Below, piece after piece: positions 1-10,700 of a DNA stretch of 64,000 bases; position 1 is the first letter of the stretch, and each line of letters starts with the position of its first letter. The stretch covers positions 1,632,001-1,696,000 of the forward strand of contig OZ251539.1 of the NCBI GenBank assembly GCA_965243135.1. The letters are read 5' to 3'. The stretch is from Alphaproteobacteria bacterium. GTDB taxonomy: Bacteria; Pseudomonadota; Alphaproteobacteria; MPNO01; UBA830. The notes under the pieces were generated by a model. That model saw nothing but the letters and a program-made list of their open reading frames with translations. It searched no databases and was not told the origin of the DNA. Made by a program: the position numbers and the translations under genes.

Positions 1-325
1 CCGGTCCGGCGACGCCGGTCACGGCCACCGAGATGTTCGCGTCGGACCGCAAGAGTCCGCCTGCCGCCATTGCCCTCGCGACTTCCTCGCTGACGGCGCC
101 GACAGTCTCCAGCGTCTTCACGGGCACGCCGACCATTTCGGATTTCGCCCGGTCCGTGTAGGTGACGAAGCTGCGGTCGACCACGTCGGAGGAGCCCGGG
201 ACGGCGGTCAGCGCGCCGGTCACGAGGCCGCCGGTGCAGGATTCGACCGCGACCAGCATAAGGCCCGCTTCCCGGCAGGTTTGCAGCACGGAGGCGGCGG
301 CGTCGAAAAGTTCCTGGTCGTTCAT
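1..325 (-). CDS. CinA C-terminal domain protein / NMN deamidase PncC (3' end outside window)
   Basis: Manual translation MNDQELFDAAASVLQTCREAGLMLVAVESCTGGLVTGALT...GAVSEEVARAMA...VAVTGVAGP; ESCTGG and TGVAGP motifs; start overlaps pgpA stop (ATGA). Confidence 0.88.
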   Translation of the reverse strand, partial: MNDQELFDAAASVLQTCREAGLMLVAVESCTGGLVTGALTAVPGSSDVVDRSFVTYTDRAKSEMVGVPVKTLETVGAVSEEVARAMAAGGLLRSDANISVAVTGVAGP

Positions 326-813
326 CTTGCTTCCACGATGCGGGCGGCGACGAGCGCGCAGAGAACCCACAGGCCGGCGAACATGTCGTCCGCCATGACG
401 CCCGCAGCGCCCTTGAGTTTTCGGTCGGCCCACGAGGCGGGCCACGGTTTCAATATATCGGCCGCCCGAAACAGAATGAAGCCGGCGGCGTACCACCACA
501 GGCTCGTCGGAGCGGCGGCGAGGGCGAGAAACTGACCGGCCGCCTCGTCGACCACGATGGCGCCGGGGTCCTTCTCCGCGGATCGCTTCAAAAACCGCGC
601 CGACGACCACAGGCCGAGCGCGAAGACGGCGAGGGAGGCGGCGATCAGCCAGGCGTTGCCGAAGGCGGAAGCGATCAGCCAGGCGAAAGGAAGGGCGGCG
701 AGAGACCCCCAGGTTCCCGGAGCCAGAGGCAGCAGGCCGCAACCGCCCAGGGTGGAGATCCATGCCGCGGGATCGCGAAACCGCAGCCCGTTCGGCAAAC
801 GTCCGAAGGTCAC
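322..813 (-). CDS. pgpA: Phosphatidylglycerophosphatase A
   Basis: APGTWGSL, DPGAIVVDE, FRAADILKPWP, GVMADD motifs; GTG start overlapping ispDF stop. Confidence 0.92.
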   Translation of the reverse strand: MTFGRLPNGLRFRDPAAWISTLGGCGLLPLAPGTWGSLAALPFAWLIASAFGNAWLIAASLAVFALGLWSSARFLKRSAEKDPGAIVVDEAAGQFLALAAAPTSLWWYAAGFILFRAADILKPWPASWADRKLKGAAGVMADDMFAGLWVLCALVAARIVEAR

Positions 814-1970
814 GAAGATCTGGGGATGCGAACGGCCGCGGTCGCCTGCGCCGCGATGCCCTCGCCGCGCCCGGCGAAGCCGAGCCGCTCGGTGGTCGTC
901 GCCTTCACGCCGACGCGGTCGACGTCGATGGCCAGCGAGGCGGCGAGGGCCCGGCGCATGAATTCGCGATACGGAGCGATTTTCGGGGTCTCGCAGATGA
1001 TCGTCACGTCGACGTTGACGATCGTTCCGCCTTTCCGCTCGATCAATTCCGCCGCGTGGCGCAAAAAGATGTTCGAGGAGACCCCGCGCCAACGTTCCTC
1101 GGACGGCGGGAAACGGGAGCCGATGTCGTCGTCGGCGACCGCGCCGAGCAATGCGTCCGTGATCGCGTGGGAGGCCGCGTCGCCGTCGGAATGCCCCTGG
1201 AGTCCGCGGTCGTGCGGGACCGCGATTCCGCAAAGGGTGACGTGGTCGCCGTTGCCGAAGGCATGGACGTCGAAGCCGTTTCCGATCCTGATGTCGTCCG
1301 TCGGCATGATCCGCTCCGCGAGCGCGAGGTCGTCGCGCGTCGTGATTTTGAAATTGTATACGCTGCCCGCCACCAGGGCGACCTCCAGTCCCGCGCGCTC
1401 GGCGACCGCCGCGTCGTCGGTCAGGTCGATTCCGGCGGCGTCGCGATGCGCCGCGAGCAAATCGGCGAAACGGAAGCCTTGCGGGGTTTGCGCGCGCCGC
1501 AGATTCGCCCGGGGCATCGTGCCGACGACCCTGGACGGGTCGCCGTCGGCGCGCTTCAGCGTATCGTCGATCGCCAGCGCGGGCAGGGCGGCTGGCGCGG
1601 TCTCCAGCGCGTCGACGATCCGGTCAATGATCGGGCGATCGACGAACGGCCTCGCGGCGTCGTGAATAAGCACCAGATCCGGAGGATCGCCCGCCAGGCT
1701 TTCAAGTCCCGCAAGCGCGGATTTCTGCCGGGTCGGGCCGCCCGCGACCGGTTCGGACACCGGAAGGCCGTTCGTCGCTGCGGCGTAGCGCTCCATGTCG
1801 TCGGCGGCGACCACCGCCCGGACCGAATCGATTCGGGGATGTTGGCAGAAGGTTTCCATCGCGCGCCGCAGTATCGGCTTGCCGGCGACAAGTTCGTATT
1901 GTTTGGGAACGTTGCCGCCGAAACGCGTTCCGGCGCCCCCTGCGAGTATCAAGGCGGCGCAGCGAATCAT
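810..1970 (-). CDS. ispDF: Bifunctional IspD/IspF
   Basis: LAGGAGTRFG/PKQY/LIHDAARP/AQTPQ (IspD) fused to GFDVH/HSDGD/VKATTTE (IspF). Confidence 0.96.
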   Translation of the reverse strand: MIRCAALILAGGAGTRFGGNVPKQYELVAGKPILRRAMETFCQHPRIDSVRAVVAADDMERYAAATNGLPVSEPVAGGPTRQKSALAGLESLAGDPPDLVLIHDAARPFVDRPIIDRIVDALETAPAALPALAIDDTLKRADGDPSRVVGTMPRANLRRAQTPQGFRFADLLAAHRDAAGIDLTDDAAVAERAGLEVALVAGSVYNFKITTRDDLALAERIMPTDDIRIGNGFDVHAFGNGDHVTLCGIAVPHDRGLQGHSDGDAASHAITDALLGAVADDDIGSRFPPSEERWRGVSSNIFLRHAAELIERKGGTIVNVDVTIICETPKIAPYREFMRRALAASLAIDVDRVGVKATTTERLGFAGRGEGIAAQATAAVRIPRSS

Positions 1971-2232
1971 GCGTTCGCCGCCGTTCGCCGTTCCGGACGC
2001 GGCGGGCGAGGGCGGCAGGATGCCGCGCCGCGCCTGGTCTGCGTCCTGGTTCTTCCCCGGCGCTCGCGGACGCCCGGGCCTTCGCTTGCCGCTCCCCGCC
2101 GCGTCATGCTTTTCCCTCGGTTCCCTTGATCGTCTTTTATGACCATCGCGAACCGACCGCAAGACGGAGACGCATTTTGCGAGAACGCGCTCGCCTTGCC
2201 GGGCGGGCCGAGAAGGCGAACCTCCTCCGAGG

Positions 2233-2284
2233 TTGACGCTGCCCATAAAATAGTCATGATTGGACGATGCACATCAAATGGTCA
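2233..2284 (+). promoter_or_regulatory. Putative sigma70 promoter with two NtrC-box-like 17-mers
   Basis: TTGACG (2233-2238)-N16-CATGAT; TGCCCATAAAATAGTCA (2240-2256) and TGCACATCAAATGGTCA (2268-2284) resemble TGCACC-N5-GGTGCA NtrC sites, upstream of ntrBC. Confidence 0.6.
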
Positions 2285-2511
2285 GCTTCCGCAGGCGCTC
2301 GATGCCTTGCCGTGCTTCGAAAGGGCGCGCGAACGTTCCGCATGATCCTGGAACGTTTTTCCGATGCATCGATTCTGGGCGGACCGGGAGGTGCGGCGGG
2401 ATTTGAACGGCCTCTGCGGATTCGTCGTAAAACAACTTTTTTTATTAACGTATTATGCGTTTTTTCTAATGTTTCGGATAAATTCTTCGCAGTTCCGGGC
2501 GACGCTCGCGC

Positions 2512-3600
2512 ATGACGATCTCCGGCCCGCCGGTCGATGCTCTGCACGCCCTGTCCGCGCTTCCGTTCTCGGTTTTCGTCCTTGACGGCGACTGCAGGAT
2601 CGGATACGTCAACGGAGCTGCCGAACAGTTCTTCGGCCAGGGCGCGAAAGGTCTGGCCGGCCGCAGGCTCGACGCTCTGTTTCCCGAGTCCAGCCCGCTC
2701 TTCACGCTGATCCTTCAGGCCGTGGCCGGGCGAACGAGCGTCTCCGAACACGATGTCGCGATGACCTGTCCCGACGGCGGCGAGCGGCAGCTGGCGGTTA
2801 CCGTATCGCCGATGGCGGAGGAGGCGGGCATGGCGGTCGTTTCGCTTCGCGAACAATCGATCGCGCGGCGTATTCAGACGCTTCATCGCGACGGGGCCAG
2901 ATCCGTCGCCGGGCTCGCTTCGCTGCTCGCCCACGAGGTGAAGAACCCGTTGTCCGGCATCCGCGGCGCGGCGCAGCTGCTCGAAGAGACGCTCGACGAC
3001 GAGGAGGATCGGAGCCTGACGCGCATGATTTGCGAGGAAACCGACAGAATCTGCGCGCTCGTCGACCGAATCGGGCCTTTTTCGGAACGGCCGCGGCTCC
3101 GAACCGCGGTCAACATCCACTGGGTGCTCGAACGCGTGCGCCGCGTCGCCGAGGCCGGCTTCGGCCGCCGCGCCCGCTTCGTCGAGGAATACGATCCGTC
3201 GCTTCCGGCGGTCTGCGGCGACGGCGACCAGCTTATTCAGGTTTTTCTCAACGTCGTGAAGAACGCCTGCGAAGCGGCCGCCCCGCGACGCCCGGAAATC
3301 ACGCTGAAAACCGCCTACCGCGGCAGCATCCGGCTGGCTCTGCCGGGGGGCGCGCGACGGGTGCAGTTGCCGCTCGAGGTCTCGGTGGCCGACAACGGAG
3401 GCGGCGTTCCGGAGGATGTCGCGGCGCACGTTTTCGATCCCTTCGTCACCTCCAAGCCCGACGGATCGGGCCTCGGCCTCGCGCTCGTGGCCAAAATCGT
3501 CGGCGACCACGGCGGAATCGTCGAATTCGACTCCCGAAGCGAAGGAAGCGAGTTCCGGATCAGGCTGCCGATCTACGCCGAGGGAGAAGACGCGCCATGA
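2512..3600 (+). CDS. ntrB: Nitrogen regulation sensor kinase NtrB
   Basis: PAS domain, [19 protein letters not shown]-box, DNGGG and GSGLGL boxes. Confidence 0.95.
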   Translation: MTISGPPVDALHALSALPFSVFVLDGDCRIGYVNGAAEQFFGQGAKGLAGRRLDALFPESSPLFTLILQAVAGRTSVSEHDVAMTCPDGGERQLAVTVSPMAEEAGMAVVSLREQSIARRIQTLHRDGARSVAGLASLLAHEVKNPLSGIRGAAQLLEETLDDEEDRSLTRMICEETDRICALVDRIGPFSERPRLRTAVNIHWVLERVRRVAEAGFGRRARFVEEYDPSLPAVCGDGDQLIQVFLNVVKNACEAAAPRRPEITLKTAYRGSIRLALPGGARRVQLPLEVSVADNGGGVPEDVAAHVFDPFVTSKPDGSGLGLALVAKIVGDHGGIVEFDSRSEGSEFRIRLPIYAEGEDAP

Positions 3601-5006
3601 CCGCGACGATACTCGTGGCGGACGATGACCGCGCCGTGCGCGCGGTGCTCGAAAGGGCGCTCGGCCGCCAGGGCTTCGACGTCCGGTCGACCGGCAACGG
3701 CAGCGCGCTGTGGTCCTGGATCGAGAACGGCGAAGGCGACGTCGTAATCGCCGACGTCGTCATGCCGGGCGAGAACGGCCTCGATCTCGTTTCCCGCGCT
3801 CGCGAGGTGAGGCCGGATCTCAAGATCGTCCTGATGAGCGCTCAGAATACGCTCCTTACCGCGGTCAGGGCCAACGAGCGCGGCGCTTGGGAGTATCTTC
3901 CCAAGCCGTTCGATCTCGCCGAGGTCGTCGGAGTCGTCAGGCGCGCGCTGTCAAATCGGGTCGAGGCCGCGCCGCTCGCGAAGATCGACGCCGCGGAGCG
4001 GTTGCCGCTGATCGGGCGGTCGCCCGCGATGCAGAACATCTACCGCACGTTGGCGCGGCTGATGGCGACCGACCTTACGGTGATGCTCGCCGGCGAGTCG
4101 GGCACCGGCAAGGAATTGGCTGCGAAAGCGCTCCACGATTACGGCAAACGGCGCAACGGACCGTTCGTGGCCATCAACATGGCGGCCATACCGCGCGAAC
4201 TGATCGAGGCGGAACTGTTCGGCCACGAACGCGGCGCCTTCACGGGCGCCACCGCTCGCGGGGTCGGGCGCTTCGAACAGGCGCAGCGGGGCACGCTGTT
4301 CCTCGACGAGATCGGCGATATGCCGCTCGAAGCGCAAACGCGCCTCCTGCGCGTGCTTCAAGACGGCGAATTCACGACGGTCGGCGGACGCAGGCCGATG
4401 AAGGCGGATGTCCGCATCGTGGCCGCCACCCACCGCGACCTGGGAAGGCTGGCGAACCAGGGGGCGTTCCGCGAGGATCTGTTCTACCGGCTCAACGTGG
4501 TTCCGGTTCGGCTGCCGCCGCTCAGGGAGCGCGTCGAGGACATCCCCGAACTGGTCAAGCACTTTTTCGCGCGCTGCGCCGAAGAGGGATTGCCGTTCAG
4601 GTCGCTGGACCAGAGCGCCATCGATGCGCTCATGGCGCACGACTGGCCGGGAAACGTGCGCGAACTCGAGAACCTCGTCCGCCGGCTCGCCGCCCTCAGC
4701 GTGGAGAACATCGTTTCCGGCGATGCCGTCCGGGCGGAACTCGGTCTGGCGCAGGCGCTTCCGGCCGGCGACGAGACGCTGGCCGAGGCCGTCGAACGGC
4801 ATCTGGAGAAGGACTTCGCTTCCGGCCTCCCGGCCGCCGGTCTGTACAACAGGGTCCTGCGCCAGATGGAACGGCCGCTCGTGACGTTGACGCTCGCCGC
4901 GACGCGCGGCAATCAGATCAGGGCCGCCGAGATTCTGGGCCTCAACCGCAACACGCTGAGAAAGAAGATTCGCGATCTCGACATCGAAGTGACGCGGGGA
5001 AACTGA
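3597..5006 (+). CDS. ntrC: Nitrogen regulation response regulator NtrC
   Basis: Receiver, [44 protein letters not shown]; ATGA overlap with ntrB. Confidence 0.97.
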   Translation: MTATILVADDDRAVRAVLERALGRQGFDVRSTGNGSALWSWIENGEGDVVIADVVMPGENGLDLVSRAREVRPDLKIVLMSAQNTLLTAVRANERGAWEYLPKPFDLAEVVGVVRRALSNRVEAAPLAKIDAAERLPLIGRSPAMQNIYRTLARLMATDLTVMLAGESGTGKELAAKALHDYGKRRNGPFVAINMAAIPRELIEAELFGHERGAFTGATARGVGRFEQAQRGTLFLDEIGDMPLEAQTRLLRVLQDGEFTTVGGRRPMKADVRIVAATHRDLGRLANQGAFREDLFYRLNVVPVRLPPLRERVEDIPELVKHFFARCAEEGLPFRSLDQSAIDALMAHDWPGNVRELENLVRRLAALSVENIVSGDAVRAELGLAQALPAGDETLAEAVERHLEKDFASGLPAAGLYNRVLRQMERPLVTLTLAATRGNQIRAAEILGLNRNTLRKKIRDLDIEVTRGN

Positions 5007-5007
5007 C

Positions 5008-7197
5008 GTGAGCGCCGCGGGAGATTCAGCGAGACGGGCCGCCGGACGGTTCCTCGGACTGGCGCGCCGGACCGGCCGGATTCTGGCGGCGGCGCTGACC
5101 GCCGCGGCGTTCGGCTTCGCGATCGCGACCTACGTCGCGATCACCGGCGGATCCTCCATGGCCGACAACGCCCGGCTCGTGCTCGTCCTGCTCCAGATCG
5201 ACCTCGCGCTCTTCCTGCTGCTCTGCATCGTCGTCGCCCGGCATCTCGTCGGTTTGTGGCTGGAGCGCCGCCGAGGGGAGCTGGGCGCGCGCCTCCAGTC
5301 GCGCCTCGTCGTCCTGTTCAGCCTGATCGCCGTCGCGCCGGCGATCGTCGTGTCGGCCTTTTCCGCGGTGTTCTTCAACTTCGGGCTCGAAACCTGGTTC
5401 AGCGAACGCGTGCGCACCGCCGTCACCGAGTCCTCCGCGGTCGCGGAGGCGTATCTGAACGAGCATCTGCAGGTCATCCGGGGCGATATCCTGTCGATGG
5501 CCCGCGACCTCGACCGGTCGGCGGCGCTGCTCCACGACAATCCCCGGCGGTTCTCGAGGATCGTCGCCGCCCAGGGAGTGGTTCGCAACCTGAGCGAGGC
5601 CTACGTCCTCGACGGCACGGGCCACGCGCTCGCCAGCTGGAGTCTCGGCTTCGTGCTCGAACGCTCGCCCGCGCCGCTCGACGCGCTGGACCGGGCTCGC
5701 GAAGGCGAGGTCATTCTGCTCACCAGCGAGAGGGACGACAGGGTGCGCGCGGTCATGAAGCTCGACCGCATCGTCGACGCGTTTCTCTACGTGGGGCGCT
5801 ACGTCGAACCCAACGTCCTCGAGCATATCGAAAAGACCAGGCGCGTGGTGGACGAGTACAAGGACATCCGCCAGCGGCGCTCGACGATCGAGATCACCTT
5901 TGCGATGATCTACATCGTAGTCGGGCTGCTTCTGGTCTTCATAGCGATTTGGGTCGGACTCGTGTTCGCGAACCGCATGTCGCAACCGATCTCGCAACTC
6001 GCCTCGGTGGCGGAGCGCGTCCGGGGAGGCGACCTGTCCGCGCGCGTGCCCGAGGAGCGCGGCGCGGACGAACTGGGACTCCTCGCCCGCGCCTTCAACC
6101 GCATGACCAGCCAGCTCGAAGGGCAGCGGCAGGAGCTCGTCGACGCCAACCGGCAACTCGACGAACGGCGCCACTTCATCGAAACCGTGCTCTCGGGCGT
6201 GTCGGCCGGCGTCATCGGCCTCGACGGCAACGGCCGCATCAACCTCGCGAACCGCTCCGCTTCGGAACTGACCGGGATCGATCTCGAAGGCCGGATCGGC
6301 AGCGACATCCGCGAACTGGTGCCGGAAACGGACGGCATGCTTCGAAAGGCGGGCGCCAACGCCGGCCGTCCGCTCGAAAAGGAGATCCTTTGGGGAAAGC
6401 GCGAACGGACTCTGCTGGTGCGGCTGACTTCGGAAGTCGTGGACGACCGCGTGTCCGGATTCGTCGTGACCTTCGACGACATCACGGAACTCGTCGCCGC
6501 CCAGCGAAAGGCGGCGTGGTCCGACGCCGCCCGCCGCATAGCCCACGAAATCAAGAACCCGCTCACGCCGATCCAGCTCTCGGCGGAACGCCTGCGGCGC
6601 AAGTACCTCTCCGAAGTGACCTCGGACCCCGACACCTTCTCGAACTGCATCGATACGATCGTCCGCAGGGTGGGCGACATCGGCCACATGGTGAACGAGT
6701 TCTCGTCCTTCGCGAAATTGCCCGATCCGGAAATCCGCGCCGAGGACATCGCGTCGATCTGCCGCGACGCGCTGGTCCTGCCTCGCAACGCCCATCGGGA
6801 GATCGAATTCGAGGTCGATTTTCCGGACGGTCCCCTCGAGATTCCCTGCGATCGGCGGCAGATGTCCCAGGTGCTCACGAATTTGATCCAGAACGCCGTG
6901 GACGCGACGCGCGACGCATCGCCCGCGCGGCCGCGCGTCGAGGCGTCGCTGCGGTGGCGCGGCGACGCGGTGGTGCTGCAGATTTCGGACAACGGAACGG
7001 GGCTTCCGGCGATGGATCGGGAACGGCTGACGGAACCCTACGTGACGACCCGGGCGCGGGGGACCGGTCTCGGCCTCGCCATCGTCAAGAAGATTCTGGA
7101 GGATCATCACGCCCGGCTCGAGCTCGAGGACCGCGCCGGAGGCGGCGCGACGGCGCGCGTGGTTCTGCCCGCCAGCTTGCCGGAAGAAGCCCGATGA
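5008..7197 (+). CDS. ntrY: Sensor histidine kinase NtrY
   Basis: TM segments, HAMP, PAS, AWSDAARRIAHEIKNPLTPIQLSAERL. Confidence 0.95.
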   Translation: MSAAGDSARRAAGRFLGLARRTGRILAAALTAAAFGFAIATYVAITGGSSMADNARLVLVLLQIDLALFLLLCIVVARHLVGLWLERRRGELGARLQSRLVVLFSLIAVAPAIVVSAFSAVFFNFGLETWFSERVRTAVTESSAVAEAYLNEHLQVIRGDILSMARDLDRSAALLHDNPRRFSRIVAAQGVVRNLSEAYVLDGTGHALASWSLGFVLERSPAPLDALDRAREGEVILLTSERDDRVRAVMKLDRIVDAFLYVGRYVEPNVLEHIEKTRRVVDEYKDIRQRRSTIEITFAMIYIVVGLLLVFIAIWVGLVFANRMSQPISQLASVAERVRGGDLSARVPEERGADELGLLARAFNRMTSQLEGQRQELVDANRQLDERRHFIETVLSGVSAGVIGLDGNGRINLANRSASELTGIDLEGRIGSDIRELVPETDGMLRKAGANAGRPLEKEILWGKRERTLLVRLTSEVVDDRVSGFVVTFDDITELVAAQRKAAWSDAARRIAHEIKNPLTPIQLSAERLRRKYLSEVTSDPDTFSNCIDTIVRRVGDIGHMVNEFSSFAKLPDPEIRAEDIASICRDALVLPRNAHREIEFEVDFPDGPLEIPCDRRQMSQVLTNLIQNAVDATRDASPARPRVEASLRWRGDAVVLQISDNGTGLPAMDRERLTEPYVTTRARGTGLGLAIVKKILEDHHARLELEDRAGGGATARVVLPASLPEEAR

Positions 7198-8576
7198 CCA
7201 CCGACGCGTTGATCGTCGACGACGAAGCGGATATCCGCCGCCTCGTGGCGGACATCCTCAAGGACGAAGGCTATTCTTGCCGCATCGCGGGCGACGCCCG
7301 TTCCGCGATCTCGGCGATCGAGACGAAGCGTCCCGATCTGGTCGTTCTGGACATCTGGCTGGAAGGAAGCGACATGGACGGAATGGCGCTTCTGCAGGAC
7401 ATCCGGCGCCGCTGCTACGGAGCGCCGGTGATTATGATTAGCGGCCACGGCAGCGTGGAAACCGCGGTGGCGGCCATCAAGCTCGGCGCGTACGACTTCA
7501 TCGAGAAGCCGTTCAAGGCCGACCGCCTCGTCGTGACCGCGAACCGGGCGGTGGAGGCCGCCCGGCTGCTGCGCGAAAACACCGAGCTGCGTCGGCGGGC
7601 CGGCGACGCGGCCGAGATCGTCGGCGTATCGGCGCTCATCCGCAGGCTGCGGGCGGCCCTCGACAGGGTGGCGCCGACCGACAGCCGCGTGCTGATCTCC
7701 GGTCCTCCTGGGTCGGGCAAGGAAGTGTTCGCGAGGCAGCTTCACCTGCGGTCGCGGCGCGCCGCGAATCCCTTCGTGGTCGTCAACTGCGCGGCGCTGG
7801 CGCCGGACCGCGTGGAATTCGAGCTGTTCGGGCGCGTGGAGGCGCCCGATACCGCGACCCGCGGCGCCCTCGAACTGGCGCATGGCGGTACGCTGCTGCT
7901 GGACGGCGTCGGCGACATGCCGCTCGAGAGCCAGAGCAAGATCGTCCGCGTTCTGCAGGACCTGACCTTCAACCGGGTGGGCGGGGAGGGCGCCCCGATC
8001 CAGGTCGACGTCCGGGTCATCGCGTCGACCAGCCGCGACATGGAGGAGGAGATGGCCGCCGGCCGGTTCCGCCAGGATTTCTTCTACCGGCTCAACGTCG
8101 TTCCCATCCGGATCCCGCCGCTGCGCGACCGGCGCGAAGACGTGCCGACGCTGATCGAGCACTTCATGGCCGGATCGGCCGCCGCGTCCGGCTTGTCGCC
8201 GCGGCCGGTGTCGGAGGAAGCGATGGCCACCCTTCAGGCTTACGATTGGCCGGGAAACGTGCGCCAGCTGCGGAACGTCGTCGACTGGATCCTGATCATG
8301 GCGCCGGGAGAACCCGACCAGCCGGTGACGGCCGCGGGCCTTCCCCCCGAGGTCGGCGACGGGTCGGCGATCGGCAGTTGGGAGGAGGGCGCCAGGATGA
8401 TATCGCTGCCCCTGCGCGAAGCTCGGGATACCTTCGAGCGCCAGTACCTGCTCGCCCAGATCTCCAGGTTCGGCGGCAACGTGTCCCGCACCGCCGAGTT
8501 CATCGGCATGGAACGGTCGGCGCTGTACCGCAAGCTGAAGCTTCTGGGAGTTCAGGTCGAGGCCCGCGACGGATGA
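7194..8576 (+). CDS. ntrX: Response regulator NtrX
   Basis: LDIWLEGS receiver, AAA+ without GAFTGA, GNVSRTAEFIGMERSALYRKLK HTH. Confidence 0.95.
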   Translation: MTTDALIVDDEADIRRLVADILKDEGYSCRIAGDARSAISAIETKRPDLVVLDIWLEGSDMDGMALLQDIRRRCYGAPVIMISGHGSVETAVAAIKLGAYDFIEKPFKADRLVVTANRAVEAARLLRENTELRRRAGDAAEIVGVSALIRRLRAALDRVAPTDSRVLISGPPGSGKEVFARQLHLRSRRAANPFVVVNCAALAPDRVEFELFGRVEAPDTATRGALELAHGGTLLLDGVGDMPLESQSKIVRVLQDLTFNRVGGEGAPIQVDVRVIASTSRDMEEEMAAGRFRQDFFYRLNVVPIRIPPLRDRREDVPTLIEHFMAGSAAASGLSPRPVSEEAMATLQAYDWPGNVRQLRNVVDWILIMAPGEPDQPVTAAGLPPEVGDGSAIGSWEEGARMISLPLREARDTFERQYLLAQISRFGGNVSRTAEFIGMERSALYRKLKLLGVQVEARDG

Positions 8577-9952
8577 AGTTCCTCGTCTGCGGCGCGGGCC
8601 AGGTCGGGTTCCACATCGCCCGCCAGCTCTCCCTCGAGAACCACGACGTCACCGTGGTCGATTCCTCGGACCAGAACGTCCGCCTTCTCCGCGACACGCT
8701 GGACGTGCAGGCGGTGCAAGGCTTCGCCTCCAATCCCGACGTGCTGGAGCGCGCCAGCGCGTCGGACGCGGACATGCTCATCGCGGTGACCCAGTCGGAC
8801 GAGGTCAACATGGTCGCCTGCCAGGTCGCCCATTCCCTGTTCAGCGTCCCGATGAAGATCGCCCGGGTGCGCAACCGGAGTTATCTGCAACCGGTCTGGG
8901 CCGACGACCTGTTCGGCCGCGAAAACCTGCCGATCGACGTCGTCATTTCGCCCGAACGCGAGGTCGCGCGGGCCATCTCGAGCGATCTCGTCGTGCCCGG
9001 AGCTCTCGACGCGATCCCGATGGCGGATGGAAAGGTGCGGATGATCGGCGTTCGTTGCAACGACGATTGTCCGGTGATCAACACGCCCCTGCGCCAATTG
9101 ACGGGCGTCTTTCCCGATCTGAGCATCGTCGTCGTCGGGATCGTGCGGGACGGGCGGACGATCGTGCCGTCGGCCGAGGACGAGATGCTGGCCGGCGACG
9201 ACGTCTACTTCATCGCCGACAACGAACATGTCACGCGGGCCATGGCGGTGTTCGGGCACGAGGAGCGGCAGGCTCGGCGCGTGATCATCGTCGGCGGCGG
9301 GAACGTCGGCATGTTCCTCGCCGAGATGCTGCGCGACGATCATCCCGGCGTGACGACCCGGATCGTCGAACTGCACAAGGAGAGGGCCGAACTCGCCGCG
9401 AGGCGCGTGCCGACCGCCACCGTCATCAACGGCAGCGCGCTGGATCCGGAGATCCTCGAAGAGGCCGGAGTCGGGAACACGGAGGCCATCGTCGCGGTCA
9501 CCAACGACGACGAGACCAATATCCTCGGGTCGCTGCTCGCGAAGCGCCACGGCGCCCAGCGCGCGATCACGCTGATCAACGAAACGAACTATTCGCCCCT
9601 GGTCACGACGCTCGGCATCGACGCGGTCATCGGGCCGAGATCGATCACCGCGTCGACCATCCTTCAGCATGTCCGCCGCGGCCGGATTCGCAAGGTTCAT
9701 TCGCTCGGCGAACATCTCGGCGAGGTGATGGAGGCCGATATCCTCGAGACGTCGAGCCTCGCGGGCGTCGCAATCGGAAAGATGGATCTGCCGGAAGGGG
9801 TGATGTTCGGCGCGATCGTGCGCGGCGACCGCGTGATCACGCCGCGCAGCGGCTCGGTCGTCGAGAAGGACGACCGGGTCGTGATCTTCGTCCGACCGTC
9901 GGCCGTCCGCGAGGTCGAGCGGCGATTCACGGTCAGCCTCGAATTCTTCTGA
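8573..9952 (+). CDS. trkA: Trk potassium uptake protein TrkA
   Basis: Two RCK/Rossmann motifs GAGQVG and GGGNVG; ends VSLEFF. Confidence 0.95.
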   Translation: MKFLVCGAGQVGFHIARQLSLENHDVTVVDSSDQNVRLLRDTLDVQAVQGFASNPDVLERASASDADMLIAVTQSDEVNMVACQVAHSLFSVPMKIARVRNRSYLQPVWADDLFGRENLPIDVVISPEREVARAISSDLVVPGALDAIPMADGKVRMIGVRCNDDCPVINTPLRQLTGVFPDLSIVVVGIVRDGRTIVPSAEDEMLAGDDVYFIADNEHVTRAMAVFGHEERQARRVIIVGGGNVGMFLAEMLRDDHPGVTTRIVELHKERAELAARRVPTATVINGSALDPEILEEAGVGNTEAIVAVTNDDETNILGSLLAKRHGAQRAITLINETNYSPLVTTLGIDAVIGPRSITASTILQHVRRGRIRKVHSLGEHLGEVMEADILETSSLAGVAIGKMDLPEGVMFGAIVRGDRVITPRSGSVVEKDDRVVIFVRPSAVREVERRFTVSLEFF

Positions 9953-9953
9953 T

Positions 9954-10700
9954 ATGTTCGCAAGCCTGCCGCCGAGTTTCGCCGCCGCCCGGAGCCTGCG
10001 CGCCCCGCTCGCCGTGCTGTTCGACTGGGACGGCACGCTCGTCGACAGCTGGCCCGTCATTCACGAAAGCATGAACCGGACGCTGTCCGCCATGGGCTAT
10101 CCGGCCTGGTCCTTCGAGGAAACGGTCGGCCGGGCGCGGCGTTCGCTGAGGGACGCGTTCCCGGAACTGTTCGGCGAACGCTGGCGGGAGGCAAGGGACG
10201 TGTTCTACGCCGAATACAGGCGGTTGCATCTCGACCGGATCAAGGCGATCGACGGCGCCGAGGAACTGATCGAAGCCTGCCGCTCTCTCGGGTGCCGTCT
10301 GGGCGTGGTCAGCAACAAGTCCGGCCGCCATCTGCGGGAGGAGTCGGCGCATCTCGGCTGGGACGGATACTTCGCCGGCCGTCTGGTCGGAGCTGCGGAC
10401 GCGGCGAGGGACAAGCCCGCCGTCGAGCCGGTGACGCTGGCGCTGGCGGGCACGGACGTCGTTCCGTCGCCGGACGTCTGGTTCGTGGGCGACACGTGGG
10501 TGGACATGGCGTGCGGCCGCGCCGCGGGTTGCTTGACCGTCCTGGTCGGCGGTGCGGATCCCGGGGGCGAGGAATTCGAGAACTGCCGCCCGGACGCGCA
10601 TTTTTCGTCCTGCCGTGACCTGCTGGAGGTTGTAATGCGCCTCGGAGATTCCATATCATCAGCACTCCCGGACGGAAAAGAAACGGACAGGCGAAGATGA
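9954..10700 (+). CDS. HAD-family hydrolase (phosphoglycolate phosphatase-like)
   Basis: [22 protein letters not shown] motifs. Confidence 0.88.
   Translation: MFASLPPSFAAARSLRAPLAVLFDWDGTLVDSWPVIHESMNRTLSAMGYPAWSFEETVGRARRSLRDAFPELFGERWREARDVFYAEYRRLHLDRIKAIDGAEELIEACRSLGCRLGVVSNKSGRHLREESAHLGWDGYFAGRLVGAADAARDKPAVEPVTLALAGTDVVPSPDVWFVGDTWVDMACGRAAGCLTVLVGGADPGGEEFENCRPDAHFSSCRDLLEVVMRLGDSISSALPDGKETDRRR

Noticed and set aside
5256-7193. Long N-terminal extension of NtrX (similar ones for NtrC, TrkA, TatD, RlpA, Dxr)
   Set aside because: Arg/Pro-rich off-frame readings of the upstream gene; true starts lie at or near the upstream stop codons
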